Origin: Dipteris shenzhenensis | Taxonomy: Eukaryota | NCBI GenBank assembly: GCA_047967505.1 | Contig: CM106538.1 | Length of the DNA: 64,000 bases | Direction: 5' to 3' (one strand) | Part shown: positions 1-11,290 of the stretch, piece by piece | Layout: every line of letters starts with the position of its first letter | How positions within the stretch are numbered: the stretch's first letter is position 1 | Position numbers and translations under genes: made by a program | The notes under the pieces: model-generated | Databases searched by the model: none | What the model was told of the DNA's origin: nothing | What the model saw: the letters and a program-made list of their open reading frames with translations, nothing else

Positions 1-3000
1 CATCCTCATGATTGCAGCATATGATGCAATGGCCATCCTGCTTTCCAATGCAAGAAAGTCTCAGGTTGGTCCAAATAGCCTAATGTGATTTTGAGAAATC
101 ATCCATCACAAAGTCCCATGTTTTTTTTAAACATTTCGGTCCTAGGGTATTTTCCATACGTGCTTGCTTGCACATGCTAGAGTGCCCCCCCCCTTCCCTG
201 GAGAAGGAGTGCAAGCTACTCCCTCTAGCTAGAGATGATCACCATGTACAAGCAGAAGGGCACCTCAACACATCTCTCTTAGTGCCTGTTCATGAAGGCC
301 AAAACCACATTATCGGATCCCACTACACCTGGTGAAGTGGACGGCCCTCCCAAAACCAGAGATGCCATCATGATCCATCTTAACCCATCTTGGCCCACTA
401 TGATTAGTACTAGATAAATGGTCTATCCTTGCCGAAGAGGCCTATTATCTTGGTCCTTTGCCACTATAGCAAATCTAGAGATCCATTCATCTTTGGTTGT
501 CCATCTATCTTTCATTGGAGAAGGCATACTAGCCCCACTCTAGAGTGGAAGGATACAAGGGATCTATGCAAAAATTGAATCCTTAGATGCACTTGTATCC
601 TAAATAATTGACCATAATAATGTGAGGGAGACGAGGATCTATGCAAACCATCACTCCAATACTCAAGGATGGTGCAATCAACCTCTAACATCCTTTTACC
701 TTACCCCTTAGATGAGAGAGTGCTTGAACTTATTCCTTTGTCTTGGTGGGGATTTGGCAGCATGTTTTAAAAGAATTAGTCAGGCCACTATCCCATTGTG
801 TCCAACCAATGTGCATTCTCGCTGCCCTAACATGAAGCCCTTGTGATCTCAAACCTTCAAATGGTAGAGGAGGGGTTGGTGCTCAAAATCATCATGGCAC
901 CAAGGGATGCTAATAAGTCCCTCAAACAAATGTTACCACACTCCATGAATACTCTTAATAAGAGGTGAGCCCTTCCTTGTGAGGGCCCCTTTGAGGGGAA
1001 TATCCAAGGATGTGACTGTTGCCATTGACCTCCTATCAAAGGGGTGCTACTAAGAATCCCTCTCTGAAGCAAGAACTTCTAGAGCTCCCCTCTATACATC
1101 ACTAACAACCCACACAAAATATATCAAGTCTCTCTACCAGACCATCACAACCCACACAAAATATATCAAGTCTCTCTAAAAGACCATCATGCCACCACTG
1201 ATCAAAGGTTTAGTAGAGACTACCCAAAAGTTTAGGGAACTCCACCTCCTAGTCACAACCACCAATAATAAAGATGAAATGTGTCCAAGTACTTGGTATA
1301 AGGCCTTGTTGAGAAGGAGCTCCAACTTTTTTATCCTTCTCAAACTCTAGGGAAATCTCCTACCATGATTCATGAGTCAACATCCGAGAGGCTCTCCATA
1401 AATTCCCTTCCAAAAGAGGGCACCATTTTCTACAAGAAACGTCATAAAGTTTACAATCCCATTCCTAGAGTCTCCCATCCATAGGATGATCAATAACACT
1501 TGCACTCATAAGTTCTCTCTAATCAAACATATATGGGGCTAGATACTGGGCTACTAAGATGTTTACAGCGATGCTCTTTCCCATTTTTGTGGCGACACAC
1601 TTTAGGTCCTCTCCCCCCTAAGAGGAGGTGGCTCAGTTAGTTGTTGTCCATGGCTAGGAGCCTATCTTAAATCACAAGGGTATCTACCAAACATAGCCCT
1701 TTGTAACTCTTGACAAAGAAACATTTGTTGTGGTCGATGACATGCCTAAGCATGGCCATGCAGCACCTTCCAACCAAGGGAAGGAGGTGGTGGTAGTGAA
1801 CAAGGCCTTCTTGTGCATGGAAGCTTGTGTAATGATGGTGGATCTCTATGATTCTGGTGAGGTTTGGACACTAAATAGTTCATGCCAATGTGGTGGTGTG
1901 CCATAGGCATCACTAGCTCTATGCCCATACTCCGTGCTTAGCTAGTTTCTAGCATCCACTGTGCAACCTTGCTCCTTGGGTCCTAAGTAGGCACTAGCCT
2001 ATTGCAAGACCTAGGACATGCATGTTTCAATAGAAAAATATTGGAATGTAGCCATGTCTTTGTTTGTAATCCATAGGTCCTTCCCTTGCTACTCCAACCA
2101 CTCCACCATCCTAAACATATGATCCTTCGTCTCATCAGATCAAATAGTATGGTGTCCACAACTCCTGGGCCAATGGAAGAAAAGTTGAAATCCCAAATTT
2201 ATACAATATGGGTGCACAACTGCACCAATGGAGCCCTGTTTTTAGGGCTGCAAGATTAGGATAATTCCTTTAGAGCACTTGGGTAGTCATTTGGAACATC
2301 AACATCATTCTTTTGGGCCCTAGCCACTAGAACTCATGCATGAGGGGCTATCTTAATGAGGCTTTGGCCTTGTAGTTTGAGAGAAAGGAGAAGGCTCCTT
2401 TGTGACATGGGAGGAGTCTTAACGAGATCTTGCAAGGATGGCTCGAAGGATTAGGTAGAGGTGGGAACAAAGCAGTTGATGATGTGGGGGCCATGGAGAA
2501 TAGGTGATTGTGGGAAGGGGTGGGCAACAAGAGGCTATGTAGCGAAGGAGGGAGGGGAAGTGGGGGGGATTGGTGGGGGATGGGTAATGAGCGTGATCCC
2601 TAACTTTGCTACAATGGTAGCAGAGGGGCATGGAGGAGGGGGAGAAGGGTGACCCAATGGACGAGAAGATGAATAGAAAAGAGGGGGGTTGAAGAAGTTG
2701 GGGGCAAAGAGGGAAGGAGATTTGGAGGCAAGGAAGGTGGGGCGAGTGATTTAGGAGGGATGCCAAGGGGAATCCCTCCTAAGACTAAGCCTAAGGTAGA
2801 ATTCTAAACTGATCGGGAGCCCTAGGGAGTACTCAAAAGAATACGGTCTACTGCTCCCCCTTAGGTGTCTATGGTAACCTATGGAGGTCCTCTCAACTTG
2901 GTCCTTTTGAGTCATGGGAGCTAGAGAGGGCCATGCTTTCCTATTCGCAATGTCATGCCCAGCATCTAAAATTCTATGTACCTCATTTGCATGGTTTTCT

Positions 3001-3060
3001 ATGATCTACCCGACAAAGTCCCCCTTGGAAGGCTCAACTCTATCTCAAGCTACCGCCATT
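1..3060 (-). mobile_element. Highly degenerate LTR-retrotransposon internal region (probably Ty3/gypsy gag-pol side)
   Basis: No long ORF. A PBS-like TGGCGGTAG on the minus strand (plus-strand ctaccgcca, ~3050-3058) abuts a TGTG LTR-like end at 3061. A purine/pyrimidine-biased stretch (2430-2770) resembles a gag N-terminus. No clean catalytic motif read. Confidence 0.35.
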
Positions 3061-3142
3061 TGTGTGAGAAGGCCTATCTAGATGGGCCTCTCATTACTAT
3101 TTTGAATGAGGCAACGACTAGGCATCAATAAGCATAGGCACT

Positions 3143-4610
3143 TGTAACGTGCCCCATTTGTACATAGTGAAAGCGTTGCCCTGGGTGTCTTGAAACCTCA
3201 AACCTTTGATAGAAGGAGACCTCATTTAAGATCTCAAGAAAGATATCCTCAAGTAGGGACTCCAGGTACTTTACTATCACTTTGAGTCAAGGGGCCCCCT
3301 CATCCACTAATAACAAAGCCACTATTGGCAATGACTTTAATACTATAACAAAAGTCCCTTTGATATAATATAAGATGGAGAGATACACCTTTGGAAGGCT
3401 GAGGAATTAAAGAATCAAAGGAAATCATGACACATGGTGCATCAAATCCTTGTCATCCATAATGAAGGCATGGTAGCATGGTATGAAGAACACCATGGGC
3501 TAAGGAAGACCAAACTTTGCTACACAAGGGATTGGGTGATATTGAGGGAGCTAGCTAGAGAAGGAAGAAAAACACCTCCTATAGATGGTGACCCCTCAAT
3601 GTGGTCAACCTCTACAGTCAAACTTACCTATATCTAATAAAAAACTTGGATCCAAGTGGTGTTATGAATAAATTTGTCTAAGGAAAAGGCATTAATATGT
3701 GTGTGTGTTTGTATGTGTGGCAATAGTATAATAAAATATGGTGTGCATAGGGCCCAGGGTTGAGGTGGCAGGGCATGACCATGTGCCACCCTTCCACATA
3801 AGAGGACACATAAGGTGTGTTGTACATAATCCATGGTAGTAATATTATAAAATGTAAGGTGGCATGGCTCCTCCATGTGCCACCCCTCCACCTAGGCTGC
3901 ATTTCGTGAGATATGGCTCAAAGTCCATGGGAGAAGTAATATAGAATAGGTGGAGATGGATATTATATTGGGTTATTCCCTCCATATAGGATAGGCCCAT
4001 GTGGGGGAGGTATAGATGGTCCAAGGATGCAAGTTAAATAATGAGGAAAGTAGGATGAGGTGGCAAGATTCCTTGTGCCAATTGTCCTCCTAGAGGTTTG
4101 AACATATTATAAAATTGGGAGAGACCAAGGGAGTATCATAGACTTGAGATATGGGGCTTGGTTTATGTGGAAAAATGAGGCAAAGGTTTGTCGCACACAA
4201 TTGAGAGTGCGTAACTGCCTAGCCCACATGGGAGACTTTTCCACACACACCATACATGTGGGAGGATGCATTTATTGGAAGAGAGCCCCTCTCTTGGCTA
4301 TAAAAGGAGGGGGCTATTCCTTGATGAGACATGCTCATTCTTGTAAAGACACCTAGCTAGTACTTTGATTTCTCCCTTCCCTTCCTTTCAAAATAAAGCA
4401 TGGTCCTCTTCCCTTGATGTCTCCATCTTTACATTCCTCCTCCCATCATGTACATGCTTCTCTTCCCCTTCTCCCTTTCCCCTTGTGTCATAGTCTCCCT
4501 CTTCATTCCCTCCCCTTCTAATTCCTTTTCCCCTCCCATGATAACGTTTCACCCTCACGTTCTCCTTTCCTCTATGGCCCTCGAGTGTTGCCATGCTTAG
4601 CCTCTAGCCT
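3143..4610 (+). mobile_element. LTR-like segment (gypsy-type), right boundary uncertain
   Basis: Starts TGTAACGTGCCCC, a typical gypsy LTR start. A TATA-like CTATAAAAGGAGGGG at ~4298 is followed by a CT-rich tract. No partner LTR or TSD found. Confidence 0.4.
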
Positions 4611-4887
4611 CCGGTCCTGATTTCTTTTTCGGCTAATAGAAACGGTGTGTGGCTGTTGGGATCGAAATCTCCATGGCTAGTAGTGTAAAACCTGTTACTC
4701 CTACGACTGGATGCGGCTCTACAGCCTCTTCCGTGCACAATTGTCTACTTTTACACCTCCAAACTGTGTACCTTCCCTATCCCTACAGCTGCAAAACCTC
4801 CCTGCTTCTGCACTTTTAGTATGCCTGCTTTCTGCTCACGGTTCCTACGTGTATTCTGGCCAGCAAATCTTTTGCTCGTACTGGTCG

Positions 4888-5117
4888 CATCTACAAAACT
4901 ATAACATTTGTGCTACTTCTAAGTTCCTGCGCGCGCATTCGATTTGCGCATCTACTATGTTCACCCACATGATAGTTTTCTGGGCTCCTATGTCTTCTGG
5001 TCGCGGACAGTTTTCTTGCTTCGCGCATCTCCTATGTTCACCCGCACGATAGTTTTCTGGGCTCCTACGTCTTCTGGTCGCGGATAGTTTTTCTGAGTTT
5101 CTACAAAACTATAACAG
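4888..5117. repeat. Short direct repeats in a CpG-retaining non-coding segment
   Basis: GATAGTTTTCTGGGCTCCTA(T/C)GTCTTCTGGTCGCGGA occurs at ~4971 and ~5048. CTACAAAACTATAACA occurs at ~4891 and ~5101. Confidence 0.7.
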
Positions 5118-5204
5118 TAGATCTCGCGCCCCCCCTCTCTCTTCGCTTCTTCTTCTTCTTCTCTTTCTCTTCTCCTTCTCCTCTCCTCTCCTCTCTTTTT
5201 ATTA

Positions 5205-5274
5205 AAGAGTAGGATTTGAACCCAAGACCTCCCCCTTCACAAAAGGGAGACTTATCATTGGGCCAACAAGTTGG
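5205..5274 (-). pseudogene. tRNA-derived sequence (pseudo-tRNA or SINE head, His-like GTG loop)
   Basis: The minus strand reads A-box-like TGGCCCAATGAT, stem-loop CCCTT-TTGTGAA-GGGGG, then a perfect B-box GGTTCAAATCC. The acceptor stem does not pair. It is followed by AATAAAA and a GA-rich tail. Confidence 0.5.
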
Positions 5275-5473
5275 AAGTGATGAAAATGTAATGATTTTTG
5301 TTTATATATTGAAATCTCGGGAACTGTAACTCTCTAACCATGGGGAGTTTACTCTTGTTGTAAAAAGCAAAAGTAATTCATTTCATGTGCTCTATTCACA
5401 TCTCCTGCTAGATTGCTGATTCGGAACTATTCCAACTCCACTTCATGGACGCACGCCACACGAGGAGGGTGGA

Positions 5474-6060
5474 TATTTCCCTGACCTTTTTGCAACTAGC
5501 TACTGCCACCTTTGCCATGTGACTGCCATAGAACACAAGATAGAGCTGAAGCCTAATGCGAAGACTGTGGCTCAGAAGTATCGGAGATTAGGGCCCCTAC
5601 AGACTGATGGTTTGTGCTCAGAGTTGCAGAAACTTGTAGAAGCTGGGTTTATTGTTCCGGTTCACAATACTGAATGGGTTTCACCAGTGGTAGTCACCCC
5701 AAAGAAAAACAACAAGTGGCGGGTCTACATTGACTATAAGAAACTCAATGCAGCCGCCAAGAGTAACCATCATCCTCTTCCCTTTCAAGACCTCATTCTT
5801 GAGAAGGTAAGTGGTCATGAGATGTATACTTTTTGTGATGGTTACTCTGGGTTTTATCAAATCAAAATTGCCGAAGAAGATGTGCTTAAAACCACATTTG
5901 CCACACCCTGGGGGACATTTGCATTCAAAGTAATGCCATTTGGCCTCACCAATGCTCTTGCTACCTTTCAAAGATTTATGCAAATGGTATGTGCTCCTTA
6001 TTTGGGGGATTTCTTGGAGGTGTTTTTAGATGATTTTTGTATATTCTCGTCACGTAAGGA
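5474..6060 (+). pseudogene. pol: Ty3/gypsy reverse transcriptase fragment
   Basis: ORF 5519-6073 has WVSPVVVTPKK, DYKKLN, DGYSGFYQI, KTTFATPWG, MPFGLTNA and FLDDF (YxDD-type). It is truncated just after the DD motif. Confidence 0.92.
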
Positions 6061-6170
6061 TTTTCAACCATAGCTTTAAAAGCTTTGAAATGCCCAAACA
6101 CTTCACTTTTCTTTTTCATAAAATGCACCCAAACTTTTCTGCTGTAGTCATCAATAAAAGTGACAAAACA
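6061..6170 (-). pseudogene. Isolated Copia integrase fragment (family A-like)
   Basis: Closely matches ~16419-16527 of element A; encodes VTFIDDYSRKVWVHFMKKKSEVFGHFKAFKAMVE. Confidence 0.85.
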
Positions 6171-6199
6171 TGTGCCATCCAGATAATCAACTACAATTC

Positions 6200-6580
6200 A
6201 TCAAGTAAAAATTGAGCAAAAGAGATTATATCTATGATCCAATAACATGCTATATAAAAATTAACAATAACAATTTATACTGAGAGTAAAAATTGAACAA
6301 AAGATCTTACATTTATAATAACTTGGCAATTTTTTAGAGCCTTGGAGGCCAAAAGATTACATCTAGTGACTATAACCACTCAGCCATTGCTGAGTAGTCT
6401 ATATAAAAATTAACAATAGTTTATACTCAGAGCCTCAAATTGAACAAAAGAGATTCAATTTGTAAAAAATTGACAATTTTACTGAGAGCCTTAGAGACCA
6501 AAAGATTACATCCAATGAGCCACAAGATTGCTAAGAGCCTTAGAGGCCAAAAGACTACATCCAACCATTGCTGAGTGGTT
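6200..6580. repeat. Degenerate AT-rich direct repeats
   Basis: Recurrent AAAATTGAACAAAAGAGATT, TATATAAAAATTAACAATA, GAGCCTT(A/G)GAG(G/A)CCAAAAGA(T/C)TACATC and CCATTGCTGAGT blocks. Confidence 0.7.
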
Positions 6581-7214
6581 ATGAGCCTCGTTGAGCAAGA
6601 GGATATTTGTACAACTCAATTTTTTTGATTGCTGATAGCAAGAGGATATTTTTACAACTCAGTATTGCTGCTAGGCCCAGTTTGTTGCATTTGATTTTTT
6701 GGGGGAGCTGATGGAGGAACAATGGAGAGGCTGAAGACCTGTGCACATTGCCAGGACTCATATTACGACCCCCCCAACAAGACGAGAGTACTTTGCTGTG
6801 AAAATCATGAGCCCTTCGTCAACATCTAGGGGGAATCCATAGAGCACAACCATATAGAGGCCAAAGTTTTGCATGCCATCCAAGCTGGTGACATGCAGAT
6901 GTGGGGGCCATCGACCAAGGGAACGAAGACATTCCACAAGAGCCAGTATTTTTAGTGCTAAAGAGTGCAACACAATCACCTTATACGAGAAGGCAGACAA
7001 GATTGGGATCACGTTGCATCGAGGGGTGATAGTAGTAATAAGCATGGTGAAAATGAGTGGGTGAGCAGTGGAGTGGATGAGTAAGGGAGCAGATGAGTGA
7101 TGAGAGTTGGAGCAGTGAGTGTGGAGCAAAGTAGAGCAGGGACCCGAAGAGAGCTGGAGGAGGGTGCATGGAGCAAAGTAGTAGAGTAGGGGTGGATGAT
7201 AGCAATGTAGCAAA

Positions 7215-8700
7215 ATGCCAAATGCTAAATGCCACACACCTTATATATTACAAATTTTGAACCACTGTGGTGACTGGAGGCTCGGTGTTTCATCCAAATA
7301 ATCATGACTACCGCCTTAATTAATCAAAATCCAAGAAGGGTGCCATCCAAATATTCATGAGGCATTTTTAAGAGAAGAAACCAAATGCGAAATGCCACAT
7401 ACCTTAAATTAATCAAAGCTTGAGCCACCGGGGATCTTCTTCTTCTTCTTCTTTTTGCCTGGAGGCCTGGTGTGCCATCCAAGTAATCATGAACCATTTT
7501 AAACCACCACCTTAATTAATCAAAAGGAGGTGCCATCCAAATTTAATCATGATCCATATTAATTGTAGGCCACCGCAGTGGTTGGTAATTCATTGCCAGC
7601 CCGGTGGAATCTTAGGTGCCACCCTAGATGCCACCTCACCACCACCGATGATAGTGGCAATTAATATGACATGGCTGATAATCATGAAGCAGACACCACC
7701 ATCTAGGTAATTAACTGGTAATTAACTGCACTCTATTGAGCATGCAAGCCTGATGATTGGTAATTAAATGCACTCTACTGATCATGCAAGCCTGGTGGTG
7801 GTAACTGGTAGGTGAGTAATTGCAGGCCATTGCGATGGTTGGTAATTAACTGCCCCCTGGTGGAATCTTAACCACCACAAACATTGTTGATGAAGGCCAC
7901 CACCACTGAGCAGTACTTACCACAAATGTAAATCATGAAGCCTAATCACCTCTAATCACTCATTACCATGCACTCTACTGAGCATGCAAGCCCAATGATT
8001 GGTAATTAACTACACTTTAAGTAGCACATCTCTCAAGTTAAGTAGCACATCTCTCAACTCTTTCTTGCATATACCATGAAAAAATTGGTGCTCGAGGGAG
8101 ACCTGTGGAGGAATGTGTGAAAGACACATGGAGGAGGTGCAAAGGAGAAGAGACAATAGCAAACCCCATGCAAAGGGGCAAAGGTAGCATTCTTGGATGA
8201 CGTGGTGGTAGCAGCACAGTAAATGCATAACAAATATGGGTGATGTGGCAGCGATCTAGCGACATAAGGGAGAACTGTATAGTGTGTGCAGTAGATGCCC
8301 GCTCCAAGCTAACCTTGAATTTTCTTGATATGCATGGGGGTGCTGCCCGATGACAGGTGGCAAATCTGCTGCAAAATATTGGGTGATGATAGGTGGTCAA
8401 ATAGAGCCTGCACTGCGGTGGTGTTTAGAATGATTGATTGCATCTCATTATTATGCCAAGAAATAGCAAGGTGGTCTCTCCAAGCCAACCTTGAATTTTC
8501 ATGATCTGCATGGGTGCACTGCCCAGTGATAGGTGGCAAAGTTGTGGCAAAAGGTTGCACGATGACAGGTGGTCAAGTGAAGCAGTACAGAGATGCATGA
8601 TGTAATCAGAGACTACGCTACATGAAGCAAGGCACAGCTGCCATCTATCGAGCTTTGTAATGTTCATAATAAATAGATTGTGTCTCATTATTAATGCCAG
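7215..8700. repeat. Mosaic of degenerate direct repeats (probable TE non-coding/subterminal region)
   Basis: AAATGCCACA(C/T)ACCTTA at ~7226 and ~7390. TGCACTCTA(C/T)TGA(G/T)CATGCAAGCC x3 (7727, 7768, 7969). A ~176-bp pair starting CCAAGC(T/C)AACCTTGAATTTTC at ~8304 and ~8480. Confidence 0.6.
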
Positions 8701-9529
8701 TGTGGCATCATGACGTCAAGAAAATTTATGATGAGAGCATGGGTCCATCCCAAATTCAAAATCTCACCTAGGAGCGCGTTGTGTTGTGGCCCCAAAATGG
8801 CCCCAAAAATAGTTCTGTGATTGGCTACACCCAAGCAAATGTTGACCCATGACTTTGAGAAGGAAATATTTGCATCAAAACTTTTGGTCAAGGTCTAGGG
8901 AGTGCTTTATTTTCCAAACATCGCACCCCCATTCCCCTGTCCTCTCCCTCTCACTATGTGCCACCTTCCTACTCTCCCCCACCCCTCGCCAATAACTTGG
9001 CTCCTCCTTCCTATGATCACAATATTAACCACAATATTTAAGCTTGGCATCACACTAAGCTTTCCAGCCTAGTGTTGCATCCATGTTCTATGGCTGCCCA
9101 GGTCCTAGCTTCTTGTACCCTCATCCTACCATGTTTAGCACCCAATAATTGACACAATTTTTGGGCTTGTGTTATTCATTACATGCAATTCATCCTTCAT
9201 TACTATGCAGCCCCTTGCATGCCATCCATTCAATGGAATGTCATTAATTGCACTCAATTAGCTCTAGCTTCTCTAGAGATAGCTAGGGAAAAATTAGAGA
9301 ACTGTATGAGTTGATAGCAATAGCATTTGAGTTTCTCAATCTTCACGGAAAGAACTAAATTCTATGCAAGCATATATTCATGGTACATGAAGGACCCTTA
9401 ATTATGAATGCTCACCAATATTGAGAATTGCATGATAGAAGAAAGAGTACACAACATGGCATTGTGGCACTACCCATGATTGTTGAGTTGTTCACTTACT
9501 ACTCAAGGTTGTAGAGATGAACGTTTGTT

Positions 9530-10260
9530 GTAACACTCCCCTAAGTTCTTGTTTATATTACAAATTTGATGTCATGTGTACATAACTTGTTTTGAAACCC
9601 ACTCAAAGAAAAAGCAAACATGGTTTGAGGCTACAATTCCTTACAACCTTAGGAAGCACCTTTTTAAAAAGCCAAACAAAGGGAAAAAAAGTGTTCATGG
9701 ATGGTGATGCACAAGTGACCGACTTACAATGAAAATTTACAGATGATCATGGTTTTTCCCCCCCAGTGGCCTAGTCATAACTGTTACTCATGTTGATCTC
9801 TATTGCCATGTTGTTACATGTTACCTTTATGGTGCGTGTGATATTCATCACCAATCTTTGGCTCACTACTTGCCTATTTTGTTGCCATGCTCATTGCCTC
9901 ATGATGCACCTTCAAAAAAAAATTTCTTCCTAATTAGCTTCCATTTGGCTTGTCATTTGGTCGACTTTATTGCCAGAAAATTTGTGCCACACCTTGCTCA
10001 TGAAATCATTCTCCCTCATCTTACTCATGAAAATCAACTGGTATGCCATTCTTGTTTTCCATGCTTGCCAATACTTCACTCCCATGGTGGTGTCATGATT
10101 ATTTTATGCATCAAACTACTAGCTCAAAAACTGTGCCATGCTTGCAATCAACTTTCTCCAAGTTTGTACTCTCTATTGCACTGGCTATTAGTTGTTGTTG
10201 TCCTTGATTTCACATTCTTGCACCTCTGTGGAAAGCTTCTTACAATAGTCATATCAAATC
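9530..10260 (-). pseudogene. Very degenerate Copia pol remnant
   Basis: The minus strand shows a KVWHK pre-integrase-like motif near 9990 and a PPT-like TTAGGGGAG followed by TG at ~9535. Many stops. Confidence 0.35.
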
Positions 10261-10783
10261 AATTTCATGGTTTATTTGAGAAACACACACCTCTACCAAT
10301 AAAGTAGCGACAACACAAGAAGATACTACAAGCAAAGATAGAGACAGTGATTAGGAGGCTATTGAAGAAAGAAAATATATTGGTGATAGAAACCTAAACC
10401 AACATAGTAATGACTTGCAACTTGTGAATCGAGGAGCAAAAAAGTACCAATAGAGCTAGAAAAACAATGTAGCTTGAAGAACAATATGTGAACAGAAAGC
10501 AAAGGATCAAAAGAGGAATCCGTATGACAAAAAGATGTCTTCTATTTCCTTCATCATTTAGATTAAAGCCATGTGTCTATTTTGTTGTTGCACTCAAACA
10601 TCCCAAAAGTCCTCCATGTGCTCTTTTGCACTCAAAGGTTCAAAATCCTCGCATTTGCACAAATTGACTTCCTTATAGAAGATAATGAATCTTGGAGCAA
10701 GAATTTGGAGGTTGTTATTGTGCATTTTTAATTTGCGATGGCCAATGAGATTTGTTCAAGAGAAAAGTTTAATGGAGAGGGTT

Positions 10784-11108
10784 TGACAAAACATGTGTGC
10801 CTCAGGATCTATGGAGCACTCTAAGGTGGATGGAACCTATGTGGAAACATGATGAAGAGAGTGCTCATGACATGTACCTCAAGTCAATTAGGTTCCAAGA
10901 TAGATTAGCTTGGACTCATAAAGAGAATCTTGAGATAGTGCAAAGTGCTTGATTGATATTACTTCAAATGAACCTCCCTTTTATAGGTGGGGGTACTTAC
11001 ATCCATTTGCTTGCTCACATGTGGGATATCTCCTCCATGCCATGTGGCAGCTTGCCCTTTACTCATACCTTTGCTCTACATGTGCTCATGGCACCACAAC
11101 TCTCAACA
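10784..11108 (-). repeat. 3' LTR of element B
   Basis: TGACAAAAC...CTCAACA; direct repeat of 19577-19901. Confidence 0.93.
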
Positions 11109-11290
11109 CCTCCCCTTGGTGCCATGATCCTTTGGCTACTGCAAGGTGGTCAAATGTGAGTTACATTCCATCACCTCCCCTTAGTGCTTGCATTGCTCCT
11201 TAAGGTGGTCAAGTATGGCTTTTACATGATAATACCTCCCTTGGGTGCTTTCATAGCTACTCTTAGGTGGTCAGGCTTGATTTACAAAAT
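11108..11290 (-). repeat. Three ~62-bp imperfect tandem units, each carrying a PPT copy
   Basis: Units begin ACCTCCC(C)TT(G/A)GTGC at ~11108, ~11172 and ~11233, and each contains AGGTGGTCA. Confidence 0.75.

Noticed and set aside
5205-5274. Functional tRNA-His gene
   Set aside because: The acceptor stem does not pair and the D-arm is poor; kept only as tRNA-derived.
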